A DNA stretch of 64,000 bases, taken from positions 96,001 to 160,000 of the forward strand of contig CAWFAD010000011.1 of NCBI GenBank assembly GCA_963813815.1, given 5' to 3'. This document shows, one piece after another, positions 1 through 10,799 of the stretch. The notes beneath the pieces were generated by a model. It was not told where the DNA came from and did not search any database. It was given only the letters and a program-made list of their open reading frames with translations. Made by a program: the position numbers and the translations under genes. Source of the DNA: an uncultured bacterium. Lineage in GTDB: Bacteria > Krumholzibacteriota > Krumholzibacteriia > Krumholzibacteriales > Krumholzibacteriaceae. Every line of letters starts with the position of its first letter. Positions within the stretch are counted from its first letter, which is position 1.

Positions 1-1
1 G

Positions 2-193
2 CACTGGATATATTACATCCGGGACCGCGAGGCCCTCTTGATGCTCATTTATACCCTCACCTTCGAGGACGATACGTTGCGCGTCTGGGATATCGACCAG
101 AAGCGCTTCACGAGCCAGGGCATCGCCACCTACGTCGAGGAGCGTCCGTCGACGCTGCCGACCGGAGCGATCCTACCGGACAAGAAACGCTGA
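2..193 (+). CDS. 3' end of a hypothetical protein (5'-truncated by window), weakly BamE/SmpA-like
   Basis: Open frame from the window edge: HWIYYIRDREALLMLIYTLTFEDDTLRVWDIDQKRF...DKKR*, TGA at 191-193; codon style matches neighbouring genes. Family resemblance is tentative. Confidence 0.55.
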   Translation, partial: HWIYYIRDREALLMLIYTLTFEDDTLRVWDIDQKRFTSQGIATYVEERPSTLPTGAILPDKKR

Positions 194-296
194 CCGAAAC
201 GGGGGCGCAGGCACTCAAGACCCATCGGCGTTCGAGGATATTTCCCAGGCGAACGCCGAGCGCGCCCCCGATCGTCAATTCCCTCCCTTTTTCAGT

Positions 297-326
297 TTGA
301 CATCCCGGCGGGGGCGAACGTATTCT
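297..326 (+). promoter_or_regulatory. sigma70-like promoter for hsp20-lon
   Basis: TTGACA (297-302), 18-nt spacer, TATTCT (321-326). Confidence 0.5.
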
Positions 327-380
327 CTCGACTAATCTTACTCGTGCGGCGCGGGGAGCATCTGCGAAAGGACAGGGCAC

Positions 381-827
381 GTGTCAACTGATCATCGTCT
401 ACTCGCCGCGGGGGACGAGCGCGATCCGATGCGGGAGCTGCACGACCTCCTGAGGGGCGATTCGCCGTCGAAGGGGCGTCTCAGGATGCCGTCCGAGCTC
501 ACCTGGGAGCCGCCGACCGACGTCGTCGAGACGGACGACGAGATCGTCGTCACGGTCGACATCGCGGGGATGGATGGCAAGGATATGAGCGTCGTCACGG
601 ACGGGGCCACGCTCCGCGTGCGCGGCACGCGAAGGGCGTCGACGACGCCGGGGGTCAAGCATTTTCACCAGCTCGAAATCCGTTCCGGTCCGTTCGAGCG
701 CGCGATTGTGCTCCCGTCCCGCGTCGATCCCGGGAAGGTGTCGGCGCAATATACGAGGGGCTTGCTCGAGGTGCGCATACGCAAACTCGCCCCGTCGGAG
801 TACGTGAAGCGCGTAAAGATCGATTGA
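381..827 (+). CDS. Hsp20/alpha-crystallin family small heat shock protein
   Basis: WEPPTDVVETDDEIVVTVDIAGM...GPFERAIVLP...AQYTRGLLEVRI; start GTG 381 or ATG 429. Confidence 0.9.
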   Translation: MSTDHRLLAAGDERDPMRELHDLLRGDSPSKGRLRMPSELTWEPPTDVVETDDEIVVTVDIAGMDGKDMSVVTDGATLRVRGTRRASTTPGVKHFHQLEIRSGPFERAIVLPSRVDPGKVSAQYTRGLLEVRIRKLAPSEYVKRVKID

Positions 828-852
828 GGAGTCCGCCGAGGCGCGTTCGCAC

Positions 853-3234
853 ATGGGTAGCGATATCGACAAGATTGCCGAAGGAAGCGACCTGCTGCGC
901 GAGATTCCGAACGAGCTCGCGATCGTTCCGATCAACGACGCCGTCGTGTTTCCGTACATGCTCATCCCGCTCATCCTCACCGACGCGAGCCTGATCCGGA
1001 TCGTCGACGAGGCGCTCGCGGGATCGAAGATCGTCGGCGTCTTTACCCAGATCAACAAGGAGCTGCAGAATCCGGGCCCCGCGGACATTTACCGCAAGGG
1101 GAGCGCGCTCCTCATCCAGAAGATGGCGCGTTTTCCCGACGGGCACGTTCGGATCATAGGGCAGGGGCTCGCGCGGATAGAGATCAAGCGGTTCACCGAC
1201 GAAACGCCGTTCATGCGGGCCCGCGTCGCGATCGCGTCCGAGCCCGATCGCCGCGACGACCGCGCCAAGGCGCTCATGCGGACCGCCGTCTCGACGTTCT
1301 TCTCGATCGTCGACGCGGCGGAGAGCTATCCGGAGGAGATCAAGAGCATCGTGGCGGGCATCAGAAGCCCCGGCAGGCTCGCCGATCTGCTCGCCGCGAA
1401 TCTGCCGATGGAGATTCCCGACAAGCAGAAGGTTCTCGAGATCATCGATCCCGTGAAGCGCCTCGCCTTCGTGTACGGGTTCATCTCGAACGAGCTCGAG
1501 ATCGTCAAGATCGGCGAGAAGATCAAGCACGACGTCCGCAAGGAGCTCGATCGGGAGCAGCGCGAATACTACCTGCGCCAGCAGATGCGGGCGATCCAGA
1601 AGGAGCTCGGGGAGGAGGACAGCGGGGTGGAGTCGGACGAGCTGCGGGAGCGCATCGACCGCGCGGAGATGCCGGCGGCGGCGCGCGAAACGGCGCGCAA
1701 GGAGTGGGGGCGACTGCGGAAGATGTCGCCGAGTTCGGCGGAGTACGTCGTCGCGCGCACCTATCTCGACTGGCTCCTCGAGATTCCCTGGGAGCGGACG
1801 ACCGAGGACAAGCTCGACATCGCCCGGGCGCGGCGCATCCTCGACGCCGATCATTACGACCTCGATCAGGTCAAGGAGCGAATTCTCGAGTTTCTCTCCG
1901 TCAAGCGTCTCCGGCGCAGCTCCAAGGGATCGATCCTCTGCTTCGTGGGTCCGCCCGGAGTCGGCAAAACCTCCCTCGGCAAGAGTGTGGCGCGCTCTCT
2001 CGGACGGCGCTTCGTGCGCATGTCGCTCGGCGGCATACGAGACGAGGCCGAGATTCGCGGCCACCGGCGCACGTACATCGGCGCGCTGCCGGGCAGAATC
2101 ATTCAGGGGATCCGGACGGCGGGGTGCTGCAACCCCGTGTTCATGCTCGACGAGATCGACAAGCTCGGCGCCGATTTCCGCGGCGATCCGGCCGCGGCGC
2201 TCCTCGAGGTGCTCGACCCGGAGCAGAACGTCTCGTTCGAGGATCATTACATCAATATCCCCTTCGATCTCTCGCGCGTCATGTTCATCACGACTGCCAA
2301 TGTCCGCGACTCCATCCCGGCGCCGCTCCTCGATCGCATGGAGGTGCTCGAACTCCCCGGGTACATCACGCACGAGAAGATACGGATCGCCAAACGCTTC
2401 CTTGTGCCCCGGCAGCTCGAGGAGAGCGGTCTGCCGGCCCGCTCGCTCGTCTTCGAAACGGAGGCGCTCGCGCGCATCGTCGAGCGCTATACGCGCGAGG
2501 CGGGGGTGCGCGCCCTCGAGCGCTCGATCGCCTCGATCGCCCGGAAAACGGCGCGCCGCATCGTGGGCCGAAGCCGTGGTCCGTTCCGCGTGACGGGCGC
2601 CAACCTCAAGCGCTGGCTCGGTCCGGAGGAGTTCCCCGAGGAGGAGATGCTCGGCGCTCCCGCGGTGGGGGTCTCGACGGGGATGGCGCGGACGGCCGCC
2701 GGCGGAACGATCCTCTTCATCGAGGCGCTTCCCGTATCGGGCGGAGGGAAGCTCAAGCTCACCGGGAATCTCGGCGAGGTCATGAAGGAGTCGGCCGAGG
2801 CGGCGCTCAGCTACGTGAAGTCGCGGTACGCCTCCGCCGAAGCGACGGTCTTCGCGACGCACGACATTCATCTCCACGTGCCGGCCGGCGCCGTGCCGAA
2901 GGACGGCCCGAGCGCGGGAGTGGCGATCGCGGCGGCGCTGGCGTCTCTCGCGCTCGACCGGCCCGTGCGGAACGACGTGGCCCTCACCGGCGAGGTCACG
3001 CTCACGGGAAAGGTGCTGCCCGTCGGCGGCATCAGGGAAAAAGTGATCGCGGCGCATCGCGCCGGCATACGCGAAATCGTGCTCCCGCGCGTCAACGCGA
3101 AGGATCTCGAGGAGATTCCCGCGCGCATAAAACGGGGGCTCCGGTTCAGGTACGTCGACCGCGTCGACGAGGCGGTATCGCGGGCGCTCGCGTCGAAAGA
3201 GCGGCGCCCGGCGCGCCGCGCGGGAAGAAGGTGA
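853..3234 (+). CDS. lon: ATP-dependent Lon protease (endopeptidase La)
   Basis: N-domain, Walker [20 protein letters not shown], Walker B MLDEIDK, catalytic PKDGPSAG. Confidence 0.98.
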   Translation: MGSDIDKIAEGSDLLREIPNELAIVPINDAVVFPYMLIPLILTDASLIRIVDEALAGSKIVGVFTQINKELQNPGPADIYRKGSALLIQKMARFPDGHVRIIGQGLARIEIKRFTDETPFMRARVAIASEPDRRDDRAKALMRTAVSTFFSIVDAAESYPEEIKSIVAGIRSPGRLADLLAANLPMEIPDKQKVLEIIDPVKRLAFVYGFISNELEIVKIGEKIKHDVRKELDREQREYYLRQQMRAIQKELGEEDSGVESDELRERIDRAEMPAAARETARKEWGRLRKMSPSSAEYVVARTYLDWLLEIPWERTTEDKLDIARARRILDADHYDLDQVKERILEFLSVKRLRRSSKGSILCFVGPPGVGKTSLGKSVARSLGRRFVRMSLGGIRDEAEIRGHRRTYIGALPGRIIQGIRTAGCCNPVFMLDEIDKLGADFRGDPAAALLEVLDPEQNVSFEDHYINIPFDLSRVMFITTANVRDSIPAPLLDRMEVLELPGYITHEKIRIAKRFLVPRQLEESGLPARSLVFETEALARIVERYTREAGVRALERSIASIARKTARRIVGRSRGPFRVTGANLKRWLGPEEFPEEEMLGAPAVGVSTGMARTAAGGTILFIEALPVSGGGKLKLTGNLGEVMKESAEAALSYVKSRYASAEATVFATHDIHLHVPAGAVPKDGPSAGVAIAAALASLALDRPVRNDVALTGEVTLTGKVLPVGGIREKVIAAHRAGIREIVLPRVNAKDLEEIPARIKRGLRFRYVDRVDEAVSRALASKERRPARRAGRR

Positions 3235-3238
3235 CCGC

Positions 3239-4336
3239 ATGGAGGATGAGACCGGCGGCAGAAATCTCGTTCCGCGCCTCGTGTCGCGGTTCGTGAAGAG
3301 CTGGGGGAAGGCGCACACGTTCGAGCTTCCCGGCGGCATCGCGAACGCAACGTCGCTCCTCTTCATCGACTCGGGGGACGTGGTCGATCTCCTCTTCGCA
3401 GCCCCCGTCGTCAACTGCTTCGCGGTGCGGTTTCCGCACATCAGGACGACGATGCTCGTGCAGGGCGCCGATAGCGAGCTCGTCAAGGGGCTCATGCGGG
3501 TCAGCGCCATCATTTCGTACGAGAGCAAGCAGCTCAAGATTCATTCGACCGATTACCTCACCCTCGCGAGGAAGCTGCGCGGGAAAGGGATCGACGCCGT
3601 CATGCTCCTCGATCGCCGCTTTTCGCTCGAGCGGCATCTGCTGGCGTTCGCGACGGGGGCGCCGGTGCGCATCGGTTTCGCGCATCCGCTCGCGTATCCG
3701 TTCGTGAACTGCGAGATCCGCGTGGCCGACGGCGGATACGAGGGAAAGAAACTGCCGCGCATCCTTCAGACGCTCGGCCTCGGGCTCGAGCCGGGATGGG
3801 ACGAGGTGTCGCTCGTGCCGCGCGAGATCCAGCACGCCCGCCAGCTCAAACATTTCTGGAAGCCGGAGCGGGATCTGCTCATGGTCGGTCTCGATCCGTC
3901 CGTCGGCAAGACGAAGCATCACGTGATTCCGGAGATCATCGCCTACCTCGCGAACAACCTCGCGAGTCGCCGCCGGGCCAAGTTCGTGCTCTTCGGAAAC
4001 CCCTGGGACGAAAAGCTCATGCGCTCGCTATCGCAGGATCTGCGGGGGGAGATCCTCGACCTGCGGCCGTCGAACCTCACGGAGACGGTCGCGCTCCTGT
4101 CGCAGTGCGACCTCTTCCTTTCCGGCAACACGAACCTCTTCCATTTCGCGGCGGCGCTCGGGGTCCCGACGATAGGGCTCTTCACGAGGTACGACCGGCA
4201 GGGCTGGGTGCCGGAGGGCGCTCCCCGCGTGCGGATCCTGCAGGGAGTCCGCGGGGAGAAGCTCTCGCTCAAGGAATTCTTCTCGAATGTCGAAGAGGTG
4301 CTCGAAGCCCGGGCGGAAACCGCTCCGCAGGCCTGA
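3239..4336 (+). CDS. GT9 (heptosyltransferase-like) glycosyltransferase, divergent
   Basis: [37 protein letters not shown] resemble GT9 motifs; LPS context. Confidence 0.75.
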   Translation: MEDETGGRNLVPRLVSRFVKSWGKAHTFELPGGIANATSLLFIDSGDVVDLLFAAPVVNCFAVRFPHIRTTMLVQGADSELVKGLMRVSAIISYESKQLKIHSTDYLTLARKLRGKGIDAVMLLDRRFSLERHLLAFATGAPVRIGFAHPLAYPFVNCEIRVADGGYEGKKLPRILQTLGLGLEPGWDEVSLVPREIQHARQLKHFWKPERDLLMVGLDPSVGKTKHHVIPEIIAYLANNLASRRRAKFVLFGNPWDEKLMRSLSQDLRGEILDLRPSNLTETVALLSQCDLFLSGNTNLFHFAAALGVPTIGLFTRYDRQGWVPEGAPRVRILQGVRGEKLSLKEFFSNVEEVLEARAETAPQA

Positions 4337-4351
4337 GCGAGGTGCGAGACG

Positions 4352-6208
4352 GTGTCCGATTCGCGGTTTTCCAATACGTACACGAGGCTCCTCGCCTACT
4401 TGTTGCCGCACTGGCGGCTCGCCGTCCCGCTCTTCGCCGCGAGCGCGGTCTTCGCCGTCCTCGGCGGCGTGCAGCTCGCGCTCATACCGCCCTTCCTGCA
4501 CATCCTTTTCGGCGGGGGCTCGCCGCCCGCCGGGGCGGCGGGCGGGGGAGCGATGCACGGCGTTCCGCTCCCGGCGGCGGTGTCGGCCGCCAAGGACGCG
4601 ATCGTCGCGGCGGGGAAGGGCATCATCTACGTCGGCTCGCCGATCGAGCGCCTCGCGCGCTTCTGCACCATTCTCCTCGTTCTCATGATCGCGAAGAACC
4701 TGTTCGGTTACCTCAGCACGTACCTCACGATCAGCCTCGAGCAATCGGTTCTCTACCGCATCCGCCGCGACCTCTACTGCAAGATGCAGTCGCTGCCGCT
4801 TTCGTACTTCGACCGGCAAAAGACGGGGCACCTCATCTCGCGCATCACGAACGACGTGACGAACCTGCGGGGCGTGATCGTGGGATCGCTCGCGAGCATC
4901 GTTCAGAACGGCCTCATGGCGGCGATCGCGATCGTCATCGTGTTTCTCACCTCATGGAAGCTCTCGCTGCTGACCCTCGTGCTCATGCCGCTCAACATCC
5001 TGCTCATTGGCGTCATCAGCCGCAAGCTGCGTAAGGGCTCCCTGCGGGCGCAGGAGCGGATGGCGGATATGACGGCGGTGCTGCAGGAGACGATCTCGGG
5101 CGTCCGGGTCGTGAAGGCGTTCGGCATGGAGGAGTTCGAGAGACGGAAGTTCGATTTCTTTAACCGGAAATATTTCCGGGACTATCTCAAGATGCGCCGC
5201 TACGCCGAGCTCGCCTCGCCGACGAGCGAGACGCTCGGCACGCTCGCGAGCGTCGTCATTCTCTGGTACGGCGGCCAGCTCGTGATCCGCGAGAGCCTCG
5301 ATCCGGCGAACCTCATACTCTTCGTCGGGGCGATGCTCTGGGTCATCAATCCGGTGAAGAACCTCAGCAAGCTCAACAGCGTCGTCCAGGAGGGGCTCGC
5401 GTCGGGGGACCGCATTTTCGAGATACTCGATCTCGAGGCGGAGCACGACGTCGAAGACGGCGCCTCGATCGAGGGGCTGCGCGACCGGATCGAATACGAG
5501 GGGGTCACGTTCGGATACGGCGGGGGCGTGGAGGTCCTGAGCGGCGTGAGCTTCACGATCCGTCGCGGGCAGGTCGCGGCGCTCGTCGGGGCGAGCGGCG
5601 CGGGGAAGTCGACGATCGCCGATCTGCTCCCGCGATTCTACCGCCCGACCGCGGGCCGGATCCTCATCGACGGGGTCGACGTCGCCGGCATAAGGCTTCC
5701 GTCGCTCCGCGCGCTCATGGGCATCGTCACGCAAGAGACGATTCTCTTCAACGACACGATTCGCAACAACATCGCGTACGGAATGGCCGATTGCCCCGCG
5801 GAGGCGATCGAGCGGGCGGCCGAGGCGGCCAACGCGCACGAGTTCATCGCGGCCATGCCGAAGGGATACGACACGGTCATCGGCGACCGCGGCGCGCAGC
5901 TCTCGGGTGGCCAGCGGCAGCGCATCGCGATCGCGAGGGCGCTCCTCAAGAATCCTCAGATACTCATCCTCGACGAGGCGACGAGCTCGCTCGACATCGA
6001 GAGCGAGGCCCTCGTGCAGGAAGCGATCGAACGGCTCATGAAAGGACGCACCAACCTCGTCATCGCCCACCGTCTCTCCACGATCCGAAACGCCGACGTC
6101 ATCATCGTCGTGGACGAGGGCCGCATCCGGCAGATCGGCAGCCACGAGGAGTTGATCCGTGAAGAGGGGATCTACCGGAAGCTCTACCAGATGCAGACGA
6201 GAGCCTAG
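4352..6208 (+). CDS. msbA: MsbA-like lipid A-core ABC exporter (TMD+NBD)
   Basis: N-terminal TM domain, GASGAGKST, LSGGQRQR, ILDEATS, IAHRLSTI; inside LPS operon. Confidence 0.85.
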   Translation: MSDSRFSNTYTRLLAYLLPHWRLAVPLFAASAVFAVLGGVQLALIPPFLHILFGGGSPPAGAAGGGAMHGVPLPAAVSAAKDAIVAAGKGIIYVGSPIERLARFCTILLVLMIAKNLFGYLSTYLTISLEQSVLYRIRRDLYCKMQSLPLSYFDRQKTGHLISRITNDVTNLRGVIVGSLASIVQNGLMAAIAIVIVFLTSWKLSLLTLVLMPLNILLIGVISRKLRKGSLRAQERMADMTAVLQETISGVRVVKAFGMEEFERRKFDFFNRKYFRDYLKMRRYAELASPTSETLGTLASVVILWYGGQLVIRESLDPANLILFVGAMLWVINPVKNLSKLNSVVQEGLASGDRIFEILDLEAEHDVEDGASIEGLRDRIEYEGVTFGYGGGVEVLSGVSFTIRRGQVAALVGASGAGKSTIADLLPRFYRPTAGRILIDGVDVAGIRLPSLRALMGIVTQETILFNDTIRNNIAYGMADCPAEAIERAAEAANAHEFIAAMPKGYDTVIGDRGAQLSGGQRQRIAIARALLKNPQILILDEATSSLDIESEALVQEAIERLMKGRTNLVIAHRLSTIRNADVIIVVDEGRIRQIGSHEELIREEGIYRKLYQMQTRA

Positions 6209-7205
6209 CGAGCTGCTCTTCATCGCGCCGAACTGGATCGGCGACGCGGTCATGGCGACGCCGCTCGTGCGCTCCCTCGCGGAGCGGTATCCCGAGGCGT
6301 CGGTGACGATCGCCGCGAGAAGGTACGTGGCCGCGATCTTCGAAGGGGGAGGGGCGCGCCGCCGGACGCTCTTGTTCCCCGGCGACGGAGCTCTCGCGCG
6401 CGCCGAGGCCGCGAGAAGCGCGCGCCCCGCCGGGGGTTTCGACGCGTGTCTCGTCGGGCCGCCCTCGTTCGCCGCCGCGCTCGTCGCCTTCGCCTCGGGA
6501 TCGCGGCGGCGGATCGGCTACGCGGGGCAGTGGCGCTCGCCGCTCCTCACCGAGGCGCTTCCGGAGGCCCTCTATCGCCGTGGGCACCTGTCGGGCGCCT
6601 ATGTGCGGCTTCTCGGGCGACTCGCGGGCGAAACGCCGGGGGAGCTTCCCCCGCCCGTCGTCGAGCCTCCGGCTCTCTGGCGCGAGACGGCGGCGCGGAT
6701 CTGCGGGGAGCGGGCGTATTGCGTTCTCGCGCCCGGGGCGACCTACGGATCGGCCAAGGCGTGGCCGCGCGCGCGGTACGCGGAGCTCGCGCGGAGGATC
6801 GCGGCGGAGCTCGGGCTATCCATATTCGTGGCGGGCGGTGGGGGAGAGCGCGGGGCGGCCGAGCTCCTCGCCTCGGAAGTCGGGGCGGGGGCGCGGAGTC
6901 TCGCCGGAGAGCTCTCGCTCGCGGATCTCATAGCCGTTCTGCGGGGAGCTTCGGTCGTCGTCGGGAACGACAGCGGCCCCGTGCACGTCGCGGCCGCGCT
7001 CGGGAGACCCACTGTGGCCATTTTCGGCCCGACGAGCGTCGAATGGACTGCCCCGAGGGGTCACGCCGTGCGGATCGTGCGGGCGGATATCTCGTGCGCT
7101 CCCTGCTTTCGCCGGGAATGTCCGCTCGGGACGGTCGAATGTCTCGAGCGCGTGAACGTGGACGACGTGCGGCGCGCCGCGATGGCGCTCGTGGAAGGAG
7201 AATAG
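6159..7205 (+). CDS. waaF: LPS heptosyltransferase II (GT9)
   Basis: APNWIGDAVMATP, APGATYGSAKAWP, GNDSGPVHVAAALG, FGPT, CAPCFRRECP; start uncertain (GTG overlapping msbA by 50 nt). Confidence 0.85.
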   Translation: MKRGSTGSSTRCRREPSELLFIAPNWIGDAVMATPLVRSLAERYPEASVTIAARRYVAAIFEGGGARRRTLLFPGDGALARAEAARSARPAGGFDACLVGPPSFAAALVAFASGSRRRIGYAGQWRSPLLTEALPEALYRRGHLSGAYVRLLGRLAGETPGELPPPVVEPPALWRETAARICGERAYCVLAPGATYGSAKAWPRARYAELARRIAAELGLSIFVAGGGGERGAAELLASEVGAGARSLAGELSLADLIAVLRGASVVVGNDSGPVHVAAALGRPTVAIFGPTSVEWTAPRGHAVRIVRADISCAPCFRRECPLGTVECLERVNVDDVRRAAMALVEGE

Positions 7206-7206
7206 C

Positions 7207-8244
7207 GTGAAGGGCAAGCATCCGGCGTACGACGACCTGAGGCTCGCCGCGTGCGCCTGGCTCGGGAAGAGGGTGGCCGTCCTCGGGGACATGATCCTCG
7301 ACGAGTTCGTCTACGGACGGACCGGGCGCGTGTCGCGGGAGGCGCCGGTCGTGATCGTGCAGTACGACGGCTCCGAATGGATGCCGGGAGGGGCGGCGAA
7401 CGCGGCGCAGAACGTCGTCGCGCTCGGGGGCGACGCGATTCCCGTGAGCATCATCGGCGACGACGAGGCGGGAGGGCGGCTTCGGGACATTTTGGGCTCG
7501 CGCGGGATGACGCTCCGCGGCCTCGTCGCGGGCCGGGGGATCCCCACGACGACGAAGACCCGCGTCATGGCGGGCGACTACCACGCGCAGCGCCAGCAGG
7601 TCGTGCGCATCGACCGCGAGGGGAGCGCTCCGGCCGATCGCCGCCTCGAGGATCGACTTCTCGCGGCGTTCGCCGCGGCGATCGGCAAGGCCGACGCGGC
7701 GCTCTTGAGCGATTACCATCAGCATCTTTTTACCGATCGCGTCGCGGCCGAATCGATCCGTCTGTGCCGGGCGAAGGGGATTCCGGTCGTCGTGGATTCG
7801 CGGCGCAGGCTCCATCTCTTTCGCGGAGCGACCTCGGCCACCCCGAACGAGGTCGAGGCGGCGCGCGCGGCGCTCGTCGAGCCGGGGGACGAGGGCTCGC
7901 TCGAGCGGATCGGCCGGAAGCTTCTGCGGACGCTGCGCGCGAAATCCGTGCTCGTGACGCGTGGCAGGTTCGGAATGGCGCTCTTCGAGCCGGGGAGGCG
8001 CATCCGCTCGATCGACGTCGTCGGCAGCCGCGCCGCGACCGACGTCACGGGCGCGGGGGACACGGTCGCCGCGGCGACCGCTCTCACGCTGGCCGCGGGA
8101 TATGATATGACGATCGCGATGCATCTCGCCAATATCGCCGCGTCCATAGTCGTGATGAAACGGGGCACCGCCGTCGCGTCGACCTCCGAGGTGCTCGCGA
8201 CGATCGACGGCCTCGAACGCGGCGAAAGGAGCCCCGCGGAGTGA
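7207..8244 (+). CDS. hldA: D-glycero-D-manno-heptose-7-phosphate kinase (RfaE domain I, PfkB family)
   Basis: GDMILDEF, RVSREAPV, PGGAANAA, LSDY, TPNEVE, DVTGAGDT. Confidence 0.9.
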   Translation: MKGKHPAYDDLRLAACAWLGKRVAVLGDMILDEFVYGRTGRVSREAPVVIVQYDGSEWMPGGAANAAQNVVALGGDAIPVSIIGDDEAGGRLRDILGSRGMTLRGLVAGRGIPTTTKTRVMAGDYHAQRQQVVRIDREGSAPADRRLEDRLLAAFAAAIGKADAALLSDYHQHLFTDRVAAESIRLCRAKGIPVVVDSRRRLHLFRGATSATPNEVEAARAALVEPGDEGSLERIGRKLLRTLRAKSVLVTRGRFGMALFEPGRRIRSIDVVGSRAATDVTGAGDTVAAATALTLAAGYDMTIAMHLANIAASIVVMKRGTAVASTSEVLATIDGLERGERSPAE

Positions 8245-9221
8245 GGATCGGAGCGATTCTGCCGCACCTTCTCGTCTTCGGCGGCGTGCGCCGCTACCTC
8301 GAGCTCGGCAACGTGTTCGTCGCTCGCGGGCACGAATTCTCGATATACACGCCCGATGGGATCGCTCCTTCGTGGATCGCTTTTCGTGGCGAGGTGAGAC
8401 GGCTCGATGATCTGGCGGGGCGCGAGCACGACGTCCTCATGACGGGCTCGCCCGAGCTCGCCGGCCGTCTCGACGCGGGACGCTCCCGGCTACGCGTGTT
8501 CTATCTCCAGATCGAGGGTGTGGCGGACGAACATGAGATCGTGCGCTCGGGCTCCCACCGCGTCATGGTCGTCTCATCGGCCCTCGCCCGGCGGGTGCGG
8601 CGCCTCGGCGTGGAGCCCCTCGACGGCATCGGCGGCCTCAATCCGGATCTCTTTCATCCTCCGGCGCGGGAGCCGGGCGCTCCTTTTCGCGTGATCTGCT
8701 ACGGGAGGCTTTCAAAGCCGCGCAAGGGCGCGCGTTTCGTCATCGCCGCGGTTCGGCTGCTCCGGCGCCGGGGGCTCGACGTGGAGCTCGATCTTTTCGA
8801 CACGCCGAATCCCGGCGAAGCCGATCCGCGCCTCGGTTTCGATCCGGGCGTGCCGTACCGGTACTACGTCGATCTGCCTCAGGAGCGGATGGCGGCTATG
8901 TACGGCGCCGCCCACGCGTTCGCTTCGGCCGAGCGCCGCGCCGGCTGGAGCAACACGGCCGCCGAGGCGGCGGCCTGCGGCCTGCCGCTCGTGTGTACGA
9001 GAAGCGGCACGGAGGATTTCGCGCGCGACGGGGAAACGGCTCTCGTCTTGAAGGCGCGGCTCGCGCCGTTCATGGCGCGGGCGATCGAGCGGCTCTACCG
9101 GGAACCGGAGCTCCGGCGCCGGCTCGGGGAGGCGGCCCGGAAGCGCGTCCTCGAGTTCACCTGGGAGCGGCTTTGTGATAGGATGGAGCGGCAGTTCTCC
9201 GAGCTCGTCGCGCGGGCGTGA
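8241..9221 (+). CDS. GT4 family glycosyltransferase
   Basis: FGGVRR N-terminus, GWSNTAAEAAACGLPLV, FTWERL. Confidence 0.85.
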   Translation: MRIGAILPHLLVFGGVRRYLELGNVFVARGHEFSIYTPDGIAPSWIAFRGEVRRLDDLAGREHDVLMTGSPELAGRLDAGRSRLRVFYLQIEGVADEHEIVRSGSHRVMVVSSALARRVRRLGVEPLDGIGGLNPDLFHPPAREPGAPFRVICYGRLSKPRKGARFVIAAVRLLRRRGLDVELDLFDTPNPGEADPRLGFDPGVPYRYYVDLPQERMAAMYGAAHAFASAERRAGWSNTAAEAAACGLPLVCTRSGTEDFARDGETALVLKARLAPFMARAIERLYREPELRRRLGEAARKRVLEFTWERLCDRMERQFSELVARA

Positions 9222-9274
9222 GAGGCGCTCGGCGGCGCGGGAGTTGTTTCGGGCTCCGCTGGAAACGGACGGTC

Positions 9275-9769
9275 ATGAAGGATAATAAAATGTGGAGCGA
9301 CGCCGGCGCCCTCGCTCGCTCGATCGAGGGGCAGGGAGCCTCGGGACGCCCGGTCGTTCTCGCCAACGGATGCTTCGACATCCTTCATGTGGGGCACGTT
9401 CGCTACCTCGAGGCGGCCGCTTTTCTCGGCGGCACGCTCGTCGTCGCCCTGAACGACGACGAGTCGACTCGAGCGCTGAAGGGCCCCGGGAGGCCCGTCA
9501 TGCCGGCGGGGGAGCGTGCGGAGATGCTGCTCGCCCTACGCTGCGTCGATTACGTGCTCGTGTTCGGCGGGGCGACGGTCGACGGGGTCATCCGCGCGCT
9601 CAGGCCCGACTTTCACGCGAAGGGCACCGACTACACCGAGGAGAGCGTTCCCGAGCGCGAGACGGCCCGGGAGGTCGGCTGCCGCACGGTGATCGTCGGC
9701 GATCCGAAGGACCACTCGAGCCGCGCGATACTGCGGAGCATACGGGAGGCTGACGGGCGTGGATCTTGA
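9275..9769 (+). CDS. hldC: D-glycero-beta-D-manno-heptose-1-phosphate adenylyltransferase (RfaE domain II)
   Basis: ANGCFDILHVGHVRYL, LNDDES, LKGPGRPV, KGTDY. Confidence 0.9.
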   Translation: MKDNKMWSDAGALARSIEGQGASGRPVVLANGCFDILHVGHVRYLEAAAFLGGTLVVALNDDESTRALKGPGRPVMPAGERAEMLLALRCVDYVLVFGGATVDGVIRALRPDFHAKGTDYTEESVPERETAREVGCRTVIVGDPKDHSSRAILRSIREADGRGS

Positions 9770-10799
9770 GACCGCGGCCCGCCGCGCCGGCATACCGCTC
9801 AGGATCCTCGTCACGAGGCTCCGGTATCTCGGCGACGTCGTTTTGTCGACCCCGGCCCTCGCGGCGCTCGCGAAGCGCTATCCTTCGGCCGAGGTGTATT
9901 TCCTCGGCGAGGAGCCCCACGTCTCCGTCCTCGGCGGCAACCCGAACCTCGCGGGGGTCATCGCGCTGCGAAAGGGGTTCGGCGGCACGCTCCGCGCCGC
10001 GGCGGCGCTGAGGAGACTTCGTTTCTCGGCGGCGGTCGATCTCTTCTACAACCCGCGAAGCGCGCTGCTGCTCTATCTCTCCGGTATTCCCGTCAGGATC
10101 GGTGGCTCGCGGCGGTTGCGGCGTAGGCTCTACACGCACGCGGCCGTTGCGCCCGCCGGCATGCGGAGCGCCGTCGCGCATCATCTCGCGGCCCTGCGCG
10201 CGATCGACGTCGAGGGAGAGGAAACGCTTCCGCGAGTCTATCTCTCGCGCGGCGAGATCGAGAGGGGGCGATCCCTGCTCGAGGGCGTCCTTGGTGGGAC
10301 GCGGGGGCGGATGAGGATCGCTTTCCATCCCGGAGGAACCTGGGCCGCGAAGCGCTGGCCTGGCGAGCGCTTCGCGGCGCTCGCCGAGGCGATCCGGGAG
10401 GAGCTCGGCGCCGAGGCGGTGGCCCTCGCGGGTCCGGGGGAGGAGGAGATCGTGAGCTCGATCGCGCGAGCCTCGCGCGGCGCGCTGACGCCGCTCCCTC
10501 CGATGCCGGTGCGGGAGGCGGCGTCCGTTCTCGCCGCCTGCGACGCGGTCGTGGCGAACGACGGCGGCGTCATGCACCTCGCCGTCGCTCTCGGCAGACC
10601 GACGGTCGCCGTGTTCGGACCGACGGAGCCCGACATATGGTTCCCGTACGAGGGAAAGGGGCCCTTCGCCGTCGTGACGCGGGCGATGCCGTGCTCCCCG
10701 TGCCACCTGCATGTCTGCGAGAGCGGCGAATGCCTGAAATCGATCGCGCCCGAGGATGTTCTCGCGCGTCTCGGCGAGGTGCTCGCATGGAAAGCCTGA
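9759..10799 (+). CDS. GT9 family glycosyltransferase
   Basis: RLRYLGDVVLSTP, HPGGTWAAKRWP, ANDGGVMHLAVALG, FGPT, CSPC. Confidence 0.9.
   Translation: MDLETAARRAGIPLRILVTRLRYLGDVVLSTPALAALAKRYPSAEVYFLGEEPHVSVLGGNPNLAGVIALRKGFGGTLRAAAALRRLRFSAAVDLFYNPRSALLLYLSGIPVRIGGSRRLRRRLYTHAAVAPAGMRSAVAHHLAALRAIDVEGEETLPRVYLSRGEIERGRSLLEGVLGGTRGRMRIAFHPGGTWAAKRWPGERFAALAEAIREELGAEAVALAGPGEEEIVSSIARASRGALTPLPPMPVREAASVLAACDAVVANDGGVMHLAVALGRPTVAVFGPTEPDIWFPYEGKGPFAVVTRAMPCSPCHLHVCESGECLKSIAPEDVLARLGEVLAWKA

Noticed and set aside
200..270. 9-bp inverted repeat CGGGGGCGC / GCGCCCCCG after the first ORF
   Set aside because: Loop of about 50 nt and no adjacent U-tract; plausible by chance at this GC content.
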